64,000 nucleotides of DNA from NCBI GenBank assembly GCA_000434295.1, contig HF994935.1:638235-702234 (forward strand). Direction: 5' to 3'. The DNA is from Acetobacter sp. CAG:977. Its GTDB lineage: Bacteria; Pseudomonadota; Alphaproteobacteria; CAAGCB01; CAG-977. Positions 9,635-21,740 of the stretch are shown here, one piece after another (position 1 is the first letter of the stretch; every line of letters begins with the position of its first letter). The notes beneath the pieces are model-generated. The model saw nothing but the letters and a program-made list of their open reading frames with translations. It had not been told where the DNA came from and ran no database searches. The translations under genes and the position numbers were made by a program.

Positions 9635-10088
9635 AAACGGAAATCCGCATCCTGACCAAGTCTTTTAATTCAACGCCTTCGTCTATGATCGGAGAAGAAT
9701 AATGTTCGGGAAAATAATTTTCTTCAACGCAATAGACTTCGAAACCGCACGATTGATAAAACTTTTGCTGAAATGAATCTTTCCCCGTTGCGATTTCAAC
9801 CGTCTTCCAACCGTCTTCTTTGGAACGCGCCAAAGCGTCTTTGATTAAAATACGGGCATACCCTTGTCGGCGGTATTCTTTGGCTACGGCTAAATTTACG
9901 ATTTCCGCAGATTTGTCTTTTTTATTCGTCTTTAAGACATATTCCGCAATCAGTACGCCGTTTAAGAACAAACCGAAACAACGTCCTTTGTTTAAATACT
10001 TTTCAATCTTTTTTATGTCCGGATCAGCGTCCAACAATAAGGATAAGGGATAATCGCGCGTTACTTCTTTGATTTGACGGTCGGTCAT
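9633..10088 (-). CDS. GNAT family N-acetyltransferase
   Basis: 151 aa; acetyl-CoA binding motif A (VAKEYRRQGYARILI). Confidence 0.75.
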   Translation of the reverse strand: MTDRQIKEVTRDYPLSLLLDADPDIKKIEKYLNKGRCFGLFLNGVLIAEYVLKTNKKDKSAEIVNLAVAKEYRRQGYARILIKDALARSKEDGWKTVEIATGKDSFQQKFYQSCGFEVYCVEENYFPEHYSSPIIDEGVELKDLVRMRISV

Positions 10089-10143
10089 TTACGTCTCCTT
10101 TTTGCTTTATTTTAGGCAATTTGAATGAAAATACCATAAGAAA

Positions 10144-10180
10144 AGGCTCTGAATATTGATGTTCAGAGCCTTTTTTATGT
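10144..10180 (+). terminator. orphan terminator-like hairpin + T-run in divergent intergenic region
   Basis: perfect 9-bp inverted repeat ggctctgaa/ttcagagcc with 8-nt loop followed by TTTTTTAT; no plus-strand gene immediately upstream. Confidence 0.3.
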
Positions 10181-10386
10181 TTTTCTTTCCGCGAATAGAG
10201 TTTTTTCGATTTTACAATCCTCATTCGATATTTTCCGGACAATAACAATTCTTTTGCCATCGGATTTCGTTTTTTTCTTTTTAATTTTTTCATTTCATCC
10301 TCCTGAAAAAACGAAAAAAGATTAGAACCGAAAAAATACTTTTTGAAAAGAGACGTTTTTGTTACCGTTCAGAAAAGGAGAAAAAC

Positions 10387-10980
10387 ATGAAAGCATATAC
10401 ACAAGGCGAAATCGATTATTTTTGCGGCGTCTATGCCGTAATAAATGCCTGCCGCCAAATTTTAAAAGGAAAAAAATATTTTTCGTATAACGACGGCTGC
10501 CTGTTTTATCAGCATTTGATGCAATATTTGATTGATGCCGGTAAAATCGGAGAAGTTCTTCATCACGGCACGGATTATGATTTAATCCTGCGTTTGGTCG
10601 AGCAGGGGAGCGCCTATGCTTTTCAGAAATTCGGCGTTAAGATTAGCTATGAGCTTCCTTATGCTCAAACCGTCGAAAGCTTTGATGCGGCGTCAAAAGA
10701 GATTGACCGGCGCTTAAAAGAAGAAAACGCCTCTTGCATCATTCGGATCAATAATACAGAAGTCGGCGACCATTGGTCCGTTATGCTGCAAAAAACGTCC
10801 TCGGGAAAAATTAAGCTGTTTGACAGTTACGCTTATAACGGATTTTATTCAAGCCACGCCGTTTGGCTTCCCGAAAATCCGATTTTAAAAAAGACGGATG
10901 CCAATCCGACGGGCGTTCCAAAACCGCCGAAAGGAATAACATACGTCACAAAACACGGATTGATTTTTTTAAAAGCGTAA
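10387..10980 (+). CDS. stand-alone papain-like cysteine peptidase domain protein (C39-like Cys/His pattern)
   Basis: 197 aa; RBS aaggag; Q-x6-C (YTQGEIDYFCGVYAVINA) and downstream GDHWSVML resembling C39/BtrH-type catalytic Cys and His regions. Confidence 0.4.
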   Translation: MKAYTQGEIDYFCGVYAVINACRQILKGKKYFSYNDGCLFYQHLMQYLIDAGKIGEVLHHGTDYDLILRLVEQGSAYAFQKFGVKISYELPYAQTVESFDAASKEIDRRLKEENASCIIRINNTEVGDHWSVMLQKTSSGKIKLFDSYAYNGFYSSHAVWLPENPILKKTDANPTGVPKPPKGITYVTKHGLIFLKA

Positions 10981-10987
10981 ATAAAAA

Positions 10988-11020
10988 AAGAAGCCCCCGA
11001 AAACGGGGGCTTCTTCATTT
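10988..11020. terminator. bidirectional rho-independent terminator
   Basis: gaagcccccg-aaaa-cgggggcttc hairpin flanked by A/T runs, between convergent genes. Confidence 0.65.
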
Positions 11021-11026
11021 GTTTAA

Positions 11027-13183
11027 TTATTCTTTGATTGCCAAACGGGGCGTTCCCGGCGTATAGGGCTTCACAACGATACGGGCGTCAACGGCGACGG
11101 CTCCGTTTTCGTCAACCAGCAACGGGTTGATGTCCAGTTCGGTGATTTCATCAATGTCAACGACCATCTGCCCGATTTGAACCATCGTTTGAACGATGCC
11201 GTCAATATCGGCGGCGGGACGATCACGGTAGCCCTTCAACAGCTTATAAATGCGCGTCTGAGACAATGCATGCAAAGCCTGTTCTTTGTTGAGGGGGGGC
11301 AGGGCAATTGCGCTGTCTTTCATGACTTCGACAGCGGTGCCGCCTTGTCCGACCATGATGGCGGGACCGAAAATCGGATCCGTCGTTACGCCGACGATGA
11401 CTTCGTGCGGACGCGGTTTGGAAATCATTTCCTGAACCGTTACGCCGTCCAATTTCGCATTCGGCATGTTTTTGGCAATGCGCGTCAGCATTTCTTCCGT
11501 AGCGGCTGCAACTTCGTCAGGCGTTTTCAAGCCCAGCTTGACGCCGCCGGCATCGGATTTGTGCGTGATGTCGTTCGACAGAATCTTAACGGCAACGGTC
11601 GCATTGATTTCTTCGGCGATTTTACGGGCTTCTTCCGCGTTTTTCGCGATTTTCGTGCGAACGACGGGGATCTGGTAATAACCGAAGACTTCTTTTGCTT
11701 CGAATTCCGTCAAAATACTGCGCCCTTCAGCCATAACCTTGCGAATAACGGCCTGAGCGGCTTCTTTATTGACGGGTTTGACTTCGGGTTTAACGGCGTC
11801 GACTTTTTGACGCGTTTCGCGCAATTCCTGAGAATCGGCAACGGAAACGAACGCCTTAACGCCTTTTTCTCCGGATTCAAAGTTCGGCAGACCGAAGTTT
11901 TTGAACATTTCGATACCGGGCATAACGACATAACCGCCGACCCAGCAACCGAAGATACGGCCGGATTTGCGTTCGGCTTCAACGGCCAGAACTTTTTCCG
12001 CGACTTCTTCGCCGGAAGTCACGCCCGTCGGAACGTACATGACCAAGACGTCTTCAACTTCGGGAGCATCCAACAGGACTTTCAAAGAATCGGCATAACG
12101 TTTTCCCGGAGCGTCGCCAATGATGTCAACGGGGTTGGAATGAGACCATGTTGAAGGCAACACTTCGTTTAATTTCTGTTTTGTTTCGTCGGAGAGCTTT
12201 GTCAGCTTACCGCCGGCTTTAATCAAGCCGTCAACAGCCAAAACACCCGGGCCGCCGCCGTTTGTCAAGATAACGACGTTACGGCTTTGGACTTTTTCGC
12301 GATATGCCAAGAACTGCATGGCCGCGTACATATCTTCCAAATCCTGCAGACGGATAATGCCGGCACGTTCAAAAGCAGCATCATAAACATTATCGCCGCC
12401 TGCCAAAGCGCCCGTATGAGAAGCCGCTGCGGCGGTTCCTTCTGCGGAACGTCCGGATTTGATGGCGAACAGGGGTTTCTTTTTGGCGACGCGGCGAGCG
12501 GCTTTCATAAAGCCTTCGCGGTCTTTAACGGATTCGATATACATAAAGATCGCGTTTGTATCGGGATCGTCAGCCAAATAATCCAACATATCGGGGAAAC
12601 CGGCTTCCATAGCGTCGCCGATTGAAGAAAAATAAGAAAATCCGATATTTTTGGGTTTAGCCCAGTCCAACACGGAAACGCACAAAGCTCCGGACTGAGA
12701 AATAAAGGCGATTTTGCCGTCAATGGCGGGGGTCGTCGTAAAGCTGGCGTTCAAACCGATGCGGGGAACCAACGTGCCCAAGCAGTTCGGACCGACGATA
12801 CGCATTCCGTACTTTTTAGCCGTTTCGGCGACTTTCTTTTGGCAATTTTCGCCGGCGTCGTTTTCAATATTCAAGCCTGCGGCAATAATAATAGCGGCGC
12901 GCGTCCCTTTTTCGCACAGCATCTGAATGGAATCGGGAACAGCCAGAGGAGGAATGCACAAAACAGCCAAATCAGGAGTTTTGGGCAATTCCGGAATGCT
13001 TTTATAAGATTGGACACCGTGAATGAGCTCGCCCTTTGGGTTGACGGGCATGATATCGCCCTTAAAACCGCCTTCCAACAGGTTCTGCATAATCACGGAA
13101 CCGACGGACATCGCGCGGTTGGATGCGCCGATCAGGGCAACTGATTTCGGAGCAAAGAGCTTGTCAAGATTTTCTGTTGTCAT
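11027..13183 (-). CDS. ADP-forming acetyl-CoA synthetase / acetate--CoA ligase family protein (CoA-binding + ATP-grasp), no GNAT domain
   Basis: ATG at 13183 (MTTENLDK...) with RBS; N-terminal CoA-binding Rossmann (SVALIGASNRAMSVGS), succinyl-CoA-synthetase-like and C-terminal ATP-grasp regions. Confidence 0.75.
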   Translation of the reverse strand: MTTENLDKLFAPKSVALIGASNRAMSVGSVIMQNLLEGGFKGDIMPVNPKGELIHGVQSYKSIPELPKTPDLAVLCIPPLAVPDSIQMLCEKGTRAAIIIAAGLNIENDAGENCQKKVAETAKKYGMRIVGPNCLGTLVPRIGLNASFTTTPAIDGKIAFISQSGALCVSVLDWAKPKNIGFSYFSSIGDAMEAGFPDMLDYLADDPDTNAIFMYIESVKDREGFMKAARRVAKKKPLFAIKSGRSAEGTAAAASHTGALAGGDNVYDAAFERAGIIRLQDLEDMYAAMQFLAYREKVQSRNVVILTNGGGPGVLAVDGLIKAGGKLTKLSDETKQKLNEVLPSTWSHSNPVDIIGDAPGKRYADSLKVLLDAPEVEDVLVMYVPTGVTSGEEVAEKVLAVEAERKSGRIFGCWVGGYVVMPGIEMFKNFGLPNFESGEKGVKAFVSVADSQELRETRQKVDAVKPEVKPVNKEAAQAVIRKVMAEGRSILTEFEAKEVFGYYQIPVVRTKIAKNAEEARKIAEEINATVAVKILSNDITHKSDAGGVKLGLKTPDEVAAATEEMLTRIAKNMPNAKLDGVTVQEMISKPRPHEVIVGVTTDPIFGPAIMVGQGGTAVEVMKDSAIALPPLNKEQALHALSQTRIYKLLKGYRDRPAADIDGIVQTMVQIGQMVVDIDEITELDINPLLVDENGAVAVDARIVVKPYTPGTPRLAIKE

Positions 13184-13375
13184 TATCGCCTCTAGATAAC
13201 AAGTGAAAAAACAGACGTTTGGCCCTGTTTTAAAGGCGCCGCCCGTCAAAATATCTGATTCGTTCAGGGCTACTTTGTGTTATTTTATGTTTCTACGCAA
13301 CCAAAAAAGCGACTTGGCGGGATTATTTTTTATTCCTGCTGTAAATTTGAAAAAAAATATGCTAATCAAGACATC

Positions 13376-14431
13376 ATGAAAAAGTTTCGGTTTGTTTTTT
13401 TTCAGTGTCTGTGGACACTTTTTTTATGCGGCGCCGCAACGGCGCAGAGCATTGTCAATGCTGTCGTCGTCGCTCCGGAAGGCAGCTCTGCCGAACGGGA
13501 TATCGTTTTGGGCATTGAAAAAGCTTTTTCCGATGCGGAACAGAGCGTTTCCGTTCAAACAGTTAACGAAAGCTGCTCCTTTTTGAACGGGAAAAAACAG
13601 GCCAAAGAAATTGCGGCATTGTCGCCGGATTTTGTTGTCGGTTATACCTGTGCGTTGTCGGCGGTTTCCGCACAGAATGAGTATTTTAAAGCAAAAATTC
13701 CGTATTTTGCCGTTTTGGCGGTTGATCCCGAACTGACGGCGTTAAAGAACCGGAACGTTTTCCGTTTATCAATCAATACGGAAAAACAGTTCAAGCCTTT
13801 TGCCGACATGCTTGACGAGCAGTACAGGGGAAAACGCTTTTTGATTTTAAAGGACGGGGACGTTCGAGCAAACAGGTTTGCCGAAATGTTGGAAAAGACA
13901 TTGCCCGAAGGAAGCTTTCAAACTTTGGATCTGCCGACAAACCATCTGAACCAAAACATCAAAAAACTTGAAAAAGCATCTGATTTTAAAGCAGATTATA
14001 TCATTATCACATCTCTGTCTCCCAAACAAGCCGTCCGTCTGGTTTCCAGAGTCAGAGAAGCCGGATTAAAAACCCCGATTATCGGCTTGAATGTTTTAAA
14101 AACAGCGGATTTTAACCGTATGACAGGCAGTCTGAAGCATGAAATCTATTTTATGGACGCCGTCGGAGTGCGCCATCTGGCTGATACGGCAGCATTGATT
14201 GCTTCCATGCGCTTTTCGGGAACAGAACCGTCGGACACGCTTCTTTTAGCCTATGCCGCCGCTCAAATCCGAATGCAGATTCCAAAGGATAAACAAGAGC
14301 TTAATACAAGAAACACCCCCTTTGACACCATTGCGGGTCCCGTCGTTTTTGATGATTTCGGCGATATGGTCGAACTGCCGCCCCAGGCTCTGTACAAATG
14401 GCATGAAAACGCTTATAAGATTGCCGAATAA
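13376..14431 (+). CDS. periplasmic substrate-binding protein (type I PBP, Liv-like), orphan (no adjacent permease/ATPase)
   Basis: ATG at 13376; signal peptide MKKFRFVFFQCLWTLFLCGAATAQS; ~350 aa mature two-lobe PBP-like sequence. Confidence 0.5.
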   Translation: MKKFRFVFFQCLWTLFLCGAATAQSIVNAVVVAPEGSSAERDIVLGIEKAFSDAEQSVSVQTVNESCSFLNGKKQAKEIAALSPDFVVGYTCALSAVSAQNEYFKAKIPYFAVLAVDPELTALKNRNVFRLSINTEKQFKPFADMLDEQYRGKRFLILKDGDVRANRFAEMLEKTLPEGSFQTLDLPTNHLNQNIKKLEKASDFKADYIIITSLSPKQAVRLVSRVREAGLKTPIIGLNVLKTADFNRMTGSLKHEIYFMDAVGVRHLADTAALIASMRFSGTEPSDTLLLAYAAAQIRMQIPKDKQELNTRNTPFDTIAGPVVFDDFGDMVELPPQALYKWHENAYKIAE

Positions 14432-14538
14432 CATATTGATTTTTAATATATTTTTTTATTAAAAAATAATACTTCCTTTTAAAGGCGGTTCGGTGTAAAA
14501 AAGGATAATTCTCGTTTATCAATCAAAGGATTTTAATA

Positions 14539-15015
14539 ATGGCTGGAAGCGTCAATAAAGTTATTTTGGTGGGAAACGTCGGCAGAGACCCGGAAGTCCG
14601 CCAAACGTCGAACGGTCAAAAGATCGTTACCCTTTCTTTGGCGACAAGCGATACGTGGAAAGACAAAAACGGCGAACGTCAGGAAAAAACGGAATGGCAC
14701 CGCGTCGTTATTTTTAATCAAGGCTTGGCCGAAATAGCGGAACGCTACGTCCGCAAGGGGACGAAACTTTATGTCGAAGGCGCTTTGCAAACCCGAAAAT
14801 GGACAGACAACAGCGGACAGGAAAAATATACGACGGAAGTCGTCTTAGGAAATTATCGCGGCGAAATGACTTTGCTGGACGCTAAAAACAACGCCGGAGC
14901 CGACGCTTCGTTCGGAGCCGTTCCGATGATGGATTCTCCTGCATCGGGTTGGGATTCAAAGCCTGCACCTTCTGCCGGAGGGGCAGGGGCGTTTGATGAT
15001 GAGATCCCCTTTTAA
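14539..15015 (+). CDS. ssb: single-stranded DNA-binding protein
   Basis: MAGSVNKVILVGNVGRDPEVR... OB-fold, Gly-rich tail ending DDEIPF. Confidence 0.9.
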   Translation: MAGSVNKVILVGNVGRDPEVRQTSNGQKIVTLSLATSDTWKDKNGERQEKTEWHRVVIFNQGLAEIAERYVRKGTKLYVEGALQTRKWTDNSGQEKYTTEVVLGNYRGEMTLLDAKNNAGADASFGAVPMMDSPASGWDSKPAPSAGGAGAFDDEIPF

Positions 15016-15062
15016 GCACATCTCTTAATAAAATTTTCGTATCAACATAACGGATATAAATC

Positions 15063-17831
<2,769 letters not shown>

Positions 17832-17843
17832 CGGAGAGCGCAA

Positions 17844-18362
17844 ATGTCCGAACGTATCGGAATTTATCCCGGAACCTTTGACCCGGTGACCTACGGTCAT
17901 TTGGATATTGTTCGCCGCGCCGTTTCCGTTGTTGACCGATTGGTTATCGCCGTCGCCGTTAACGATATCAAACATCCTCTTTTTTCCCTGGAAGAAAGAA
18001 TGGATATGGTACGTTCGGAAGTCGACGCAATAGCACAGGAAACAGGAAAAACCATTGACGTCAAGCCGATGGATAATTTGTTGGTAAAATTCACGCGTCA
18101 ACACAATTCTCATATCATATTCAGAGGATTGCGCGCCGTATCTGACTTTGAATACGAATTCAAAATGTGCGTCATGAACCGCCGTTTGGCTCCGGAAATC
18201 GAAACCGTCTTCTTAATGGCGTCCGAACGCCATCAGTTTGTGTCTTCAATTTTCGTAAAAGAAATTTGCCGTCTGGGCGGCGATATTTCTTCTTTTGTTT
18301 CCGACGCGATCGCGGCGAAACTTAATGCCCGCTACAAGGAATTGGGAGAAATTTATGGCTGA
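17844..18362 (+). CDS. coaD: phosphopantetheine adenylyltransferase
   Basis: IYPGTFDPVTYGHLDIV nucleotidyltransferase motif. Confidence 0.9.
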   Translation: MSERIGIYPGTFDPVTYGHLDIVRRAVSVVDRLVIAVAVNDIKHPLFSLEERMDMVRSEVDAIAQETGKTIDVKPMDNLLVKFTRQHNSHIIFRGLRAVSDFEYEFKMCVMNRRLAPEIETVFLMASERHQFVSSIFVKEICRLGGDISSFVSDAIAAKLNARYKELGEIYG

Positions 18363-18822
18363 CACCAAAAAAAATAAGTTGCTGTTAGAATTAAAAGACG
18401 GCATCGTCGAAATTGAAATGCGCTCCGATCTGGCGCCGCAACATGTTGAACGCATCAAGGAATTGGTTAAGCAAGGTTTTTATAACGGCTTAAAATTCCA
18501 TCGCGTTATTGACGGATTTATGGCACAAACAGGTTGCCCAAACGGTACAGGGACAGGCGGAAGCGGAAAAAAACTTAAAGCCGAATTTTCCAAAGAACCT
18601 CATGTCCGCGGAACCGTTTCCATGGCCAGAGCAATGGATCCGAACAGTGCGGACAGCCAGTTTTTTATTTGCTTTGACGATTGTCCGTGGCTTGACGGAC
18701 AGTATACCGTTTGGGGAAAAGTCGTTAAAGGAATGGAATTCGTCGATAAAATCAAACGGGGTAGGGGAGCCAACGGTTCCGTTGACGATCCGGACATTAT
18801 CATATCAATGAAGCTGGCATAA
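18355..18822 (+). CDS. cyclophilin-type peptidyl-prolyl cis-trans isomerase
   Basis: ATG at 18355 overlapping coaD stop; FHRVIDGFMAQTGCP and cyclophilin core. Confidence 0.85.
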   Translation: MADTKKNKLLLELKDGIVEIEMRSDLAPQHVERIKELVKQGFYNGLKFHRVIDGFMAQTGCPNGTGTGGSGKKLKAEFSKEPHVRGTVSMARAMDPNSADSQFFICFDDCPWLDGQYTVWGKVVKGMEFVDKIKRGRGANGSVDDPDIIISMKLA

Positions 18823-18827
18823 CTGAA

Positions 18828-19835
18828 ATGCCAAAAGTTTCCGTTATCATTCCCGTCTATAATATGGAACGTTTTATCGGAGCCTGTTTGGATTCCGTTT
18901 TAAACCAAACTTTTTCCGATTTTGAATGTATTTGCATAAATGACGGTTCGACAGACGGAACTTTGCAAATTCTAAAGCAGTACGAGCAAAAAGATTCTCG
19001 AATAAAGCTGATAGATCAGGCGAATCAAGGCGGGAGCGCCGCAAGAAACGTCGGATTAAACGTTGCTCAGGGCGAATGGATATCCTTTTTGGACAACGAT
19101 GACCTTTATCATCCGCAATATCTGGAAATCCTATTAGGTTATGCCGAAAAATACGGGGCAGACATATCTGTCTGCAATTACGGCGTCTTTTTCAATGACG
19201 ATCCCGTGAATTTCGAAACCTATAATGCTCAACAGCTCAAAAAACCGAAGTTAATAACTTCAAAGCCTTTTTACGACTATGTCGTTCGTAAAAAGAAAAT
19301 TCATATGCTGATGTGGACGAAGTTATATAAAAAAGAGATTCTGGAAAACATTCGCTTTGCTCTGGCGTTACCGGCAATTAACGATATTTTGTTCAATCTG
19401 GAAACTCTAAGCGCATCAAAAAAAGTCGTAACCTGTCCGTACACGTTGATAACGCACCGCATTTTGCAAACGTCTCAGACAAGCTCCAAGGTTACGCCCC
19501 AAAAAATCTTGGAATATAAAGACTTAATTTATGCCGTTGAACGCAGCTTTGAACACAAGGAACTGACACAGAAAGAACGAAAATCTTTAAAAATTTTCAA
19601 CACCAAAAACGCTTTTTACAATTTTGTTTATTTAATGGTGAAGTTTAACGATCTGTCCCAAAATGCAGAAGTATATCATTTGATTTTGGAAACTTTGGAG
19701 CAATTGGAAGGAGAGGGGCTCATTCTCCCTTCGAAATTAAAATTCCAGGACAAGATGCTTTACAATGCTTTTAAAAGCGGAAATCTTCGTCGTGTAAAAT
19801 CGGTAATGCGATTTAGAGACCTGTTTACGCATTAA
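18828..19835 (+). CDS. family 2 glycosyltransferase
   Basis: VSVIIPVYNMERFIGACLDSVLNQTF...INDGSTDGT GT-A fold N-terminus, DxD-like region. Confidence 0.8.
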   Translation: MPKVSVIIPVYNMERFIGACLDSVLNQTFSDFECICINDGSTDGTLQILKQYEQKDSRIKLIDQANQGGSAARNVGLNVAQGEWISFLDNDDLYHPQYLEILLGYAEKYGADISVCNYGVFFNDDPVNFETYNAQQLKKPKLITSKPFYDYVVRKKKIHMLMWTKLYKKEILENIRFALALPAINDILFNLETLSASKKVVTCPYTLITHRILQTSQTSSKVTPQKILEYKDLIYAVERSFEHKELTQKERKSLKIFNTKNAFYNFVYLMVKFNDLSQNAEVYHLILETLEQLEGEGLILPSKLKFQDKMLYNAFKSGNLRRVKSVMRFRDLFTH

Positions 19836-19861
19836 ATGTAATAAATACTTTTGACAAACAT

Positions 19862-19890
19862 TTGCGGCTTTTAAAGCCGCTTTTTTTGTT
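19862..19890 (+). terminator. rho-independent terminator of GT2 gene
   Basis: gcggcttt-taa-aagccgc hairpin + T7. Confidence 0.65.
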
Positions 19891-20144
19891 TTTCTGTTTT
19901 CTGAATTTCTAATGTTTCGTTATTTTTCTTTTTCAAAAATTATAACAAAACAGATATTAACAAAAACAGATATTGAGTGATAAGCATTGTTTAAAAGCCT
20001 GTGTATCGTTCTGCGAATTCTTTTTAAAAGCCCTCGTATTCCTTTATCTAACGCCAATTTTATTTTAAAGAGTTATATATAATTGTCGCATAATGTATAT
20101 TATGTCAAATAACTCACATTCAAACAAGAAACCGCGTTTTGTGA

Positions 20145-20182
20145 TAGGCTTAAAAATAAGCCGTCAAAGCCCGCTGACGGAC
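20145..20182 (-). terminator. rho-independent terminator of MBL-fold hydrolase gene
   Basis: ccgtca-aagcccgc-tgacgg hairpin followed (minus strand) by CTTATTTTT. Confidence 0.5.
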
Positions 20183-20196
20183 TTTCTTCAGATTTT

Positions 20197-20973
20197 TTAT
20201 AATTCGATTTCCATGCCGTCGTATCCGGGTTCAATCCCTTCGGGCAGCTGACGGATTAACGTGTCATAATCCATGCCGATTGACATGTGCGTTAAAATCG
20301 TCCGCTTCGGCTTTAAAATATTCACCCATTCTTTGACGCGTTCAACAGAAGCATGACTGGGATGGTCTTTTTCCGACAAACATCCGACGACCCACACATC
20401 TATGCCTTTTAATATGGATAATGCAGAATCATATAAATGAACCGCATCCGTCGAATATCCGAAATTTTTTATACGAAAGCCCAAGCTCGTCGTCCATTCG
20501 TGATCCTGAGAAAACGGCGTAATCTTTAATCCGTTTATTCTTAACGGTTCGCCCGGCGTGATCAGGTTCGGTTCCAGCCATGGATGAAAAAACGGCTCTT
20601 TTTCAACGTTAATCGGTCGAAAAACATAGCCGAAACGCGCCTTTAAAACCTTTAAAGTCGCTTGATTGGCGTAAATGGGAATCCCCTTGCCCATCACTCG
20701 ATTGATTTCGCGCAAATCATCAATGCCGTGCGTATGATCGGCGTGTTCGTGCGTGTACAAAACAGCAGAAAGCCTGTCAACTTTTGCACAAAGAAGCTGT
20801 TCTCGCAAATCAGGTCCGGTATCAATTAATATATTGTCATCATTATTTCGTACCAGCAAAGATGTTCTTAAACGCCTGTTTTTCGGATTATTCGGATCGC
20901 ATTTTCCCCATCCGCGGCTGATCATCGGAACGCCGCCCGCCGAACCGCACCCTAATATTCTTATTTTCATCAT
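20197..20973 (-). CDS. MBL-fold metallo-hydrolase
   Basis: HEHADHTHG metallo-beta-lactamase motif. Confidence 0.75.
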   Translation of the reverse strand: MMKIRILGCGSAGGVPMISRGWGKCDPNNPKNRRLRTSLLVRNNDDNILIDTGPDLREQLLCAKVDRLSAVLYTHEHADHTHGIDDLREINRVMGKGIPIYANQATLKVLKARFGYVFRPINVEKEPFFHPWLEPNLITPGEPLRINGLKITPFSQDHEWTTSLGFRIKNFGYSTDAVHLYDSALSILKGIDVWVVGCLSEKDHPSHASVERVKEWVNILKPKRTILTHMSIGMDYDTLIRQLPEGIEPGYDGMEIEL

Positions 20974-21740
20974 TATACGGCCTTTCCGAACAAAGTTAAA
21001 AAGTTGCGTGTCGTTATTTCGCTAAGCTCTTCAACGCTTATTCCCTTTATTTCCGCCAGTTTTTCCGCCGTCTTGACGACATAAGACGGACGGTTTGTCT
21101 TGCCTCTGAACGGCACGGGAGAAAGATACGGAGAATCCGTCTCGACCAAAAGGCGTTCCAAGGGGATTTCTTTAAAAGTTTGGCGCAATTCTTCGGCTTT
21201 TCCGAAAGTAATAATCCCCGATGCCGAAACGTAAAACCCCAGCTTTAAGGCTTCCGTCGCCAAAAAAGCCCGCGAAGAAAAACAATGCAGTACTCCTTTT
21301 AAAGACGGCGATGCCTCTGATTTTAAAATTTCCAAAGTATCTTCTTCGGCATCTCTGGTATGGATAATAACCGGCAAACCCGTTTTTTTAGCCGCTTTCA
21401 GATGTATGCAAAACAAACGTTTTTGAGCCTCTTTCGTATCGGAATTATAATGATAGTCAAGCCCTGTTTCTCCGAATCCAATGACTTTGGGATGCTGCGA
21501 AGCCCGACAAAGGGCTTCGACGGTTGTCCCCTCCTCTTCTTCGGCGGCATATTCCGGATGAACGCCGACGGACGCAAAAACATTGGGATACTTTTCCGAT
21601 AAAAAAACAGGCGACGGGTCGGAAAGCTTTACGGAAACGGTTAACAGGCGTGTCACTCCCGCCTGTTCGGCCTCTTGTACGGCTTCATCGCTGTTTGTAT
21701 CGGGATAATCCAAATGGCAATGGCTGTCCGTTAAATTCAT
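20973..21740 (-). CDS. tatD: TatD family hydrolase (DNase)
   Basis: MNLTDSHCHLDYPD N-terminal motif, TIM-barrel metal-dependent hydrolase. Confidence 0.85.
   Translation of the reverse strand: MNLTDSHCHLDYPDTNSDEAVQEAEQAGVTRLLTVSVKLSDPSPVFLSEKYPNVFASVGVHPEYAAEEEEGTTVEALCRASQHPKVIGFGETGLDYHYNSDTKEAQKRLFCIHLKAAKKTGLPVIIHTRDAEEDTLEILKSEASPSLKGVLHCFSSRAFLATEALKLGFYVSASGIITFGKAEELRQTFKEIPLERLLVETDSPYLSPVPFRGKTNRPSYVVKTAEKLAEIKGISVEELSEITTRNFLTLFGKAV

Noticed and set aside
10024-10293. Lys-rich 89-aa minus-strand ORF (MKKLKRKKRNPMAKELL…) in the GNAT/C39 divergent region
   Set aside because: Runs through an A/T-rich promoter region and a strong hairpin and overlaps the GNAT start; composition looks like translated poly-A/T DNA, not a gene.
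8996-10980. Nitroreductase(SagB-like) + GNAT + C39-like peptidase as a RiPP/TOMM biosynthetic cluster
   Set aside because: No cyclodehydratase (YcaO/SagC-D) or precursor peptide visible; genes on different strands with their own terminators; nitroreductase appears exported.
11177-12154. 325-aa plus-strand ORF
   Set aside because: Antisense to the well-supported acetyl-CoA synthetase-like gene; translation is low-complexity (F/G/N/R-rich) with no start context; typical shadow ORF.
13764-14528. Two copies of 14-mer cgtttatcaatcaa (13767 in SBP gene, 14514 upstream of ssb)
   Set aside because: A handful of exact 14-mer coincidences are expected by chance in 64 kb; no flanking similarity.
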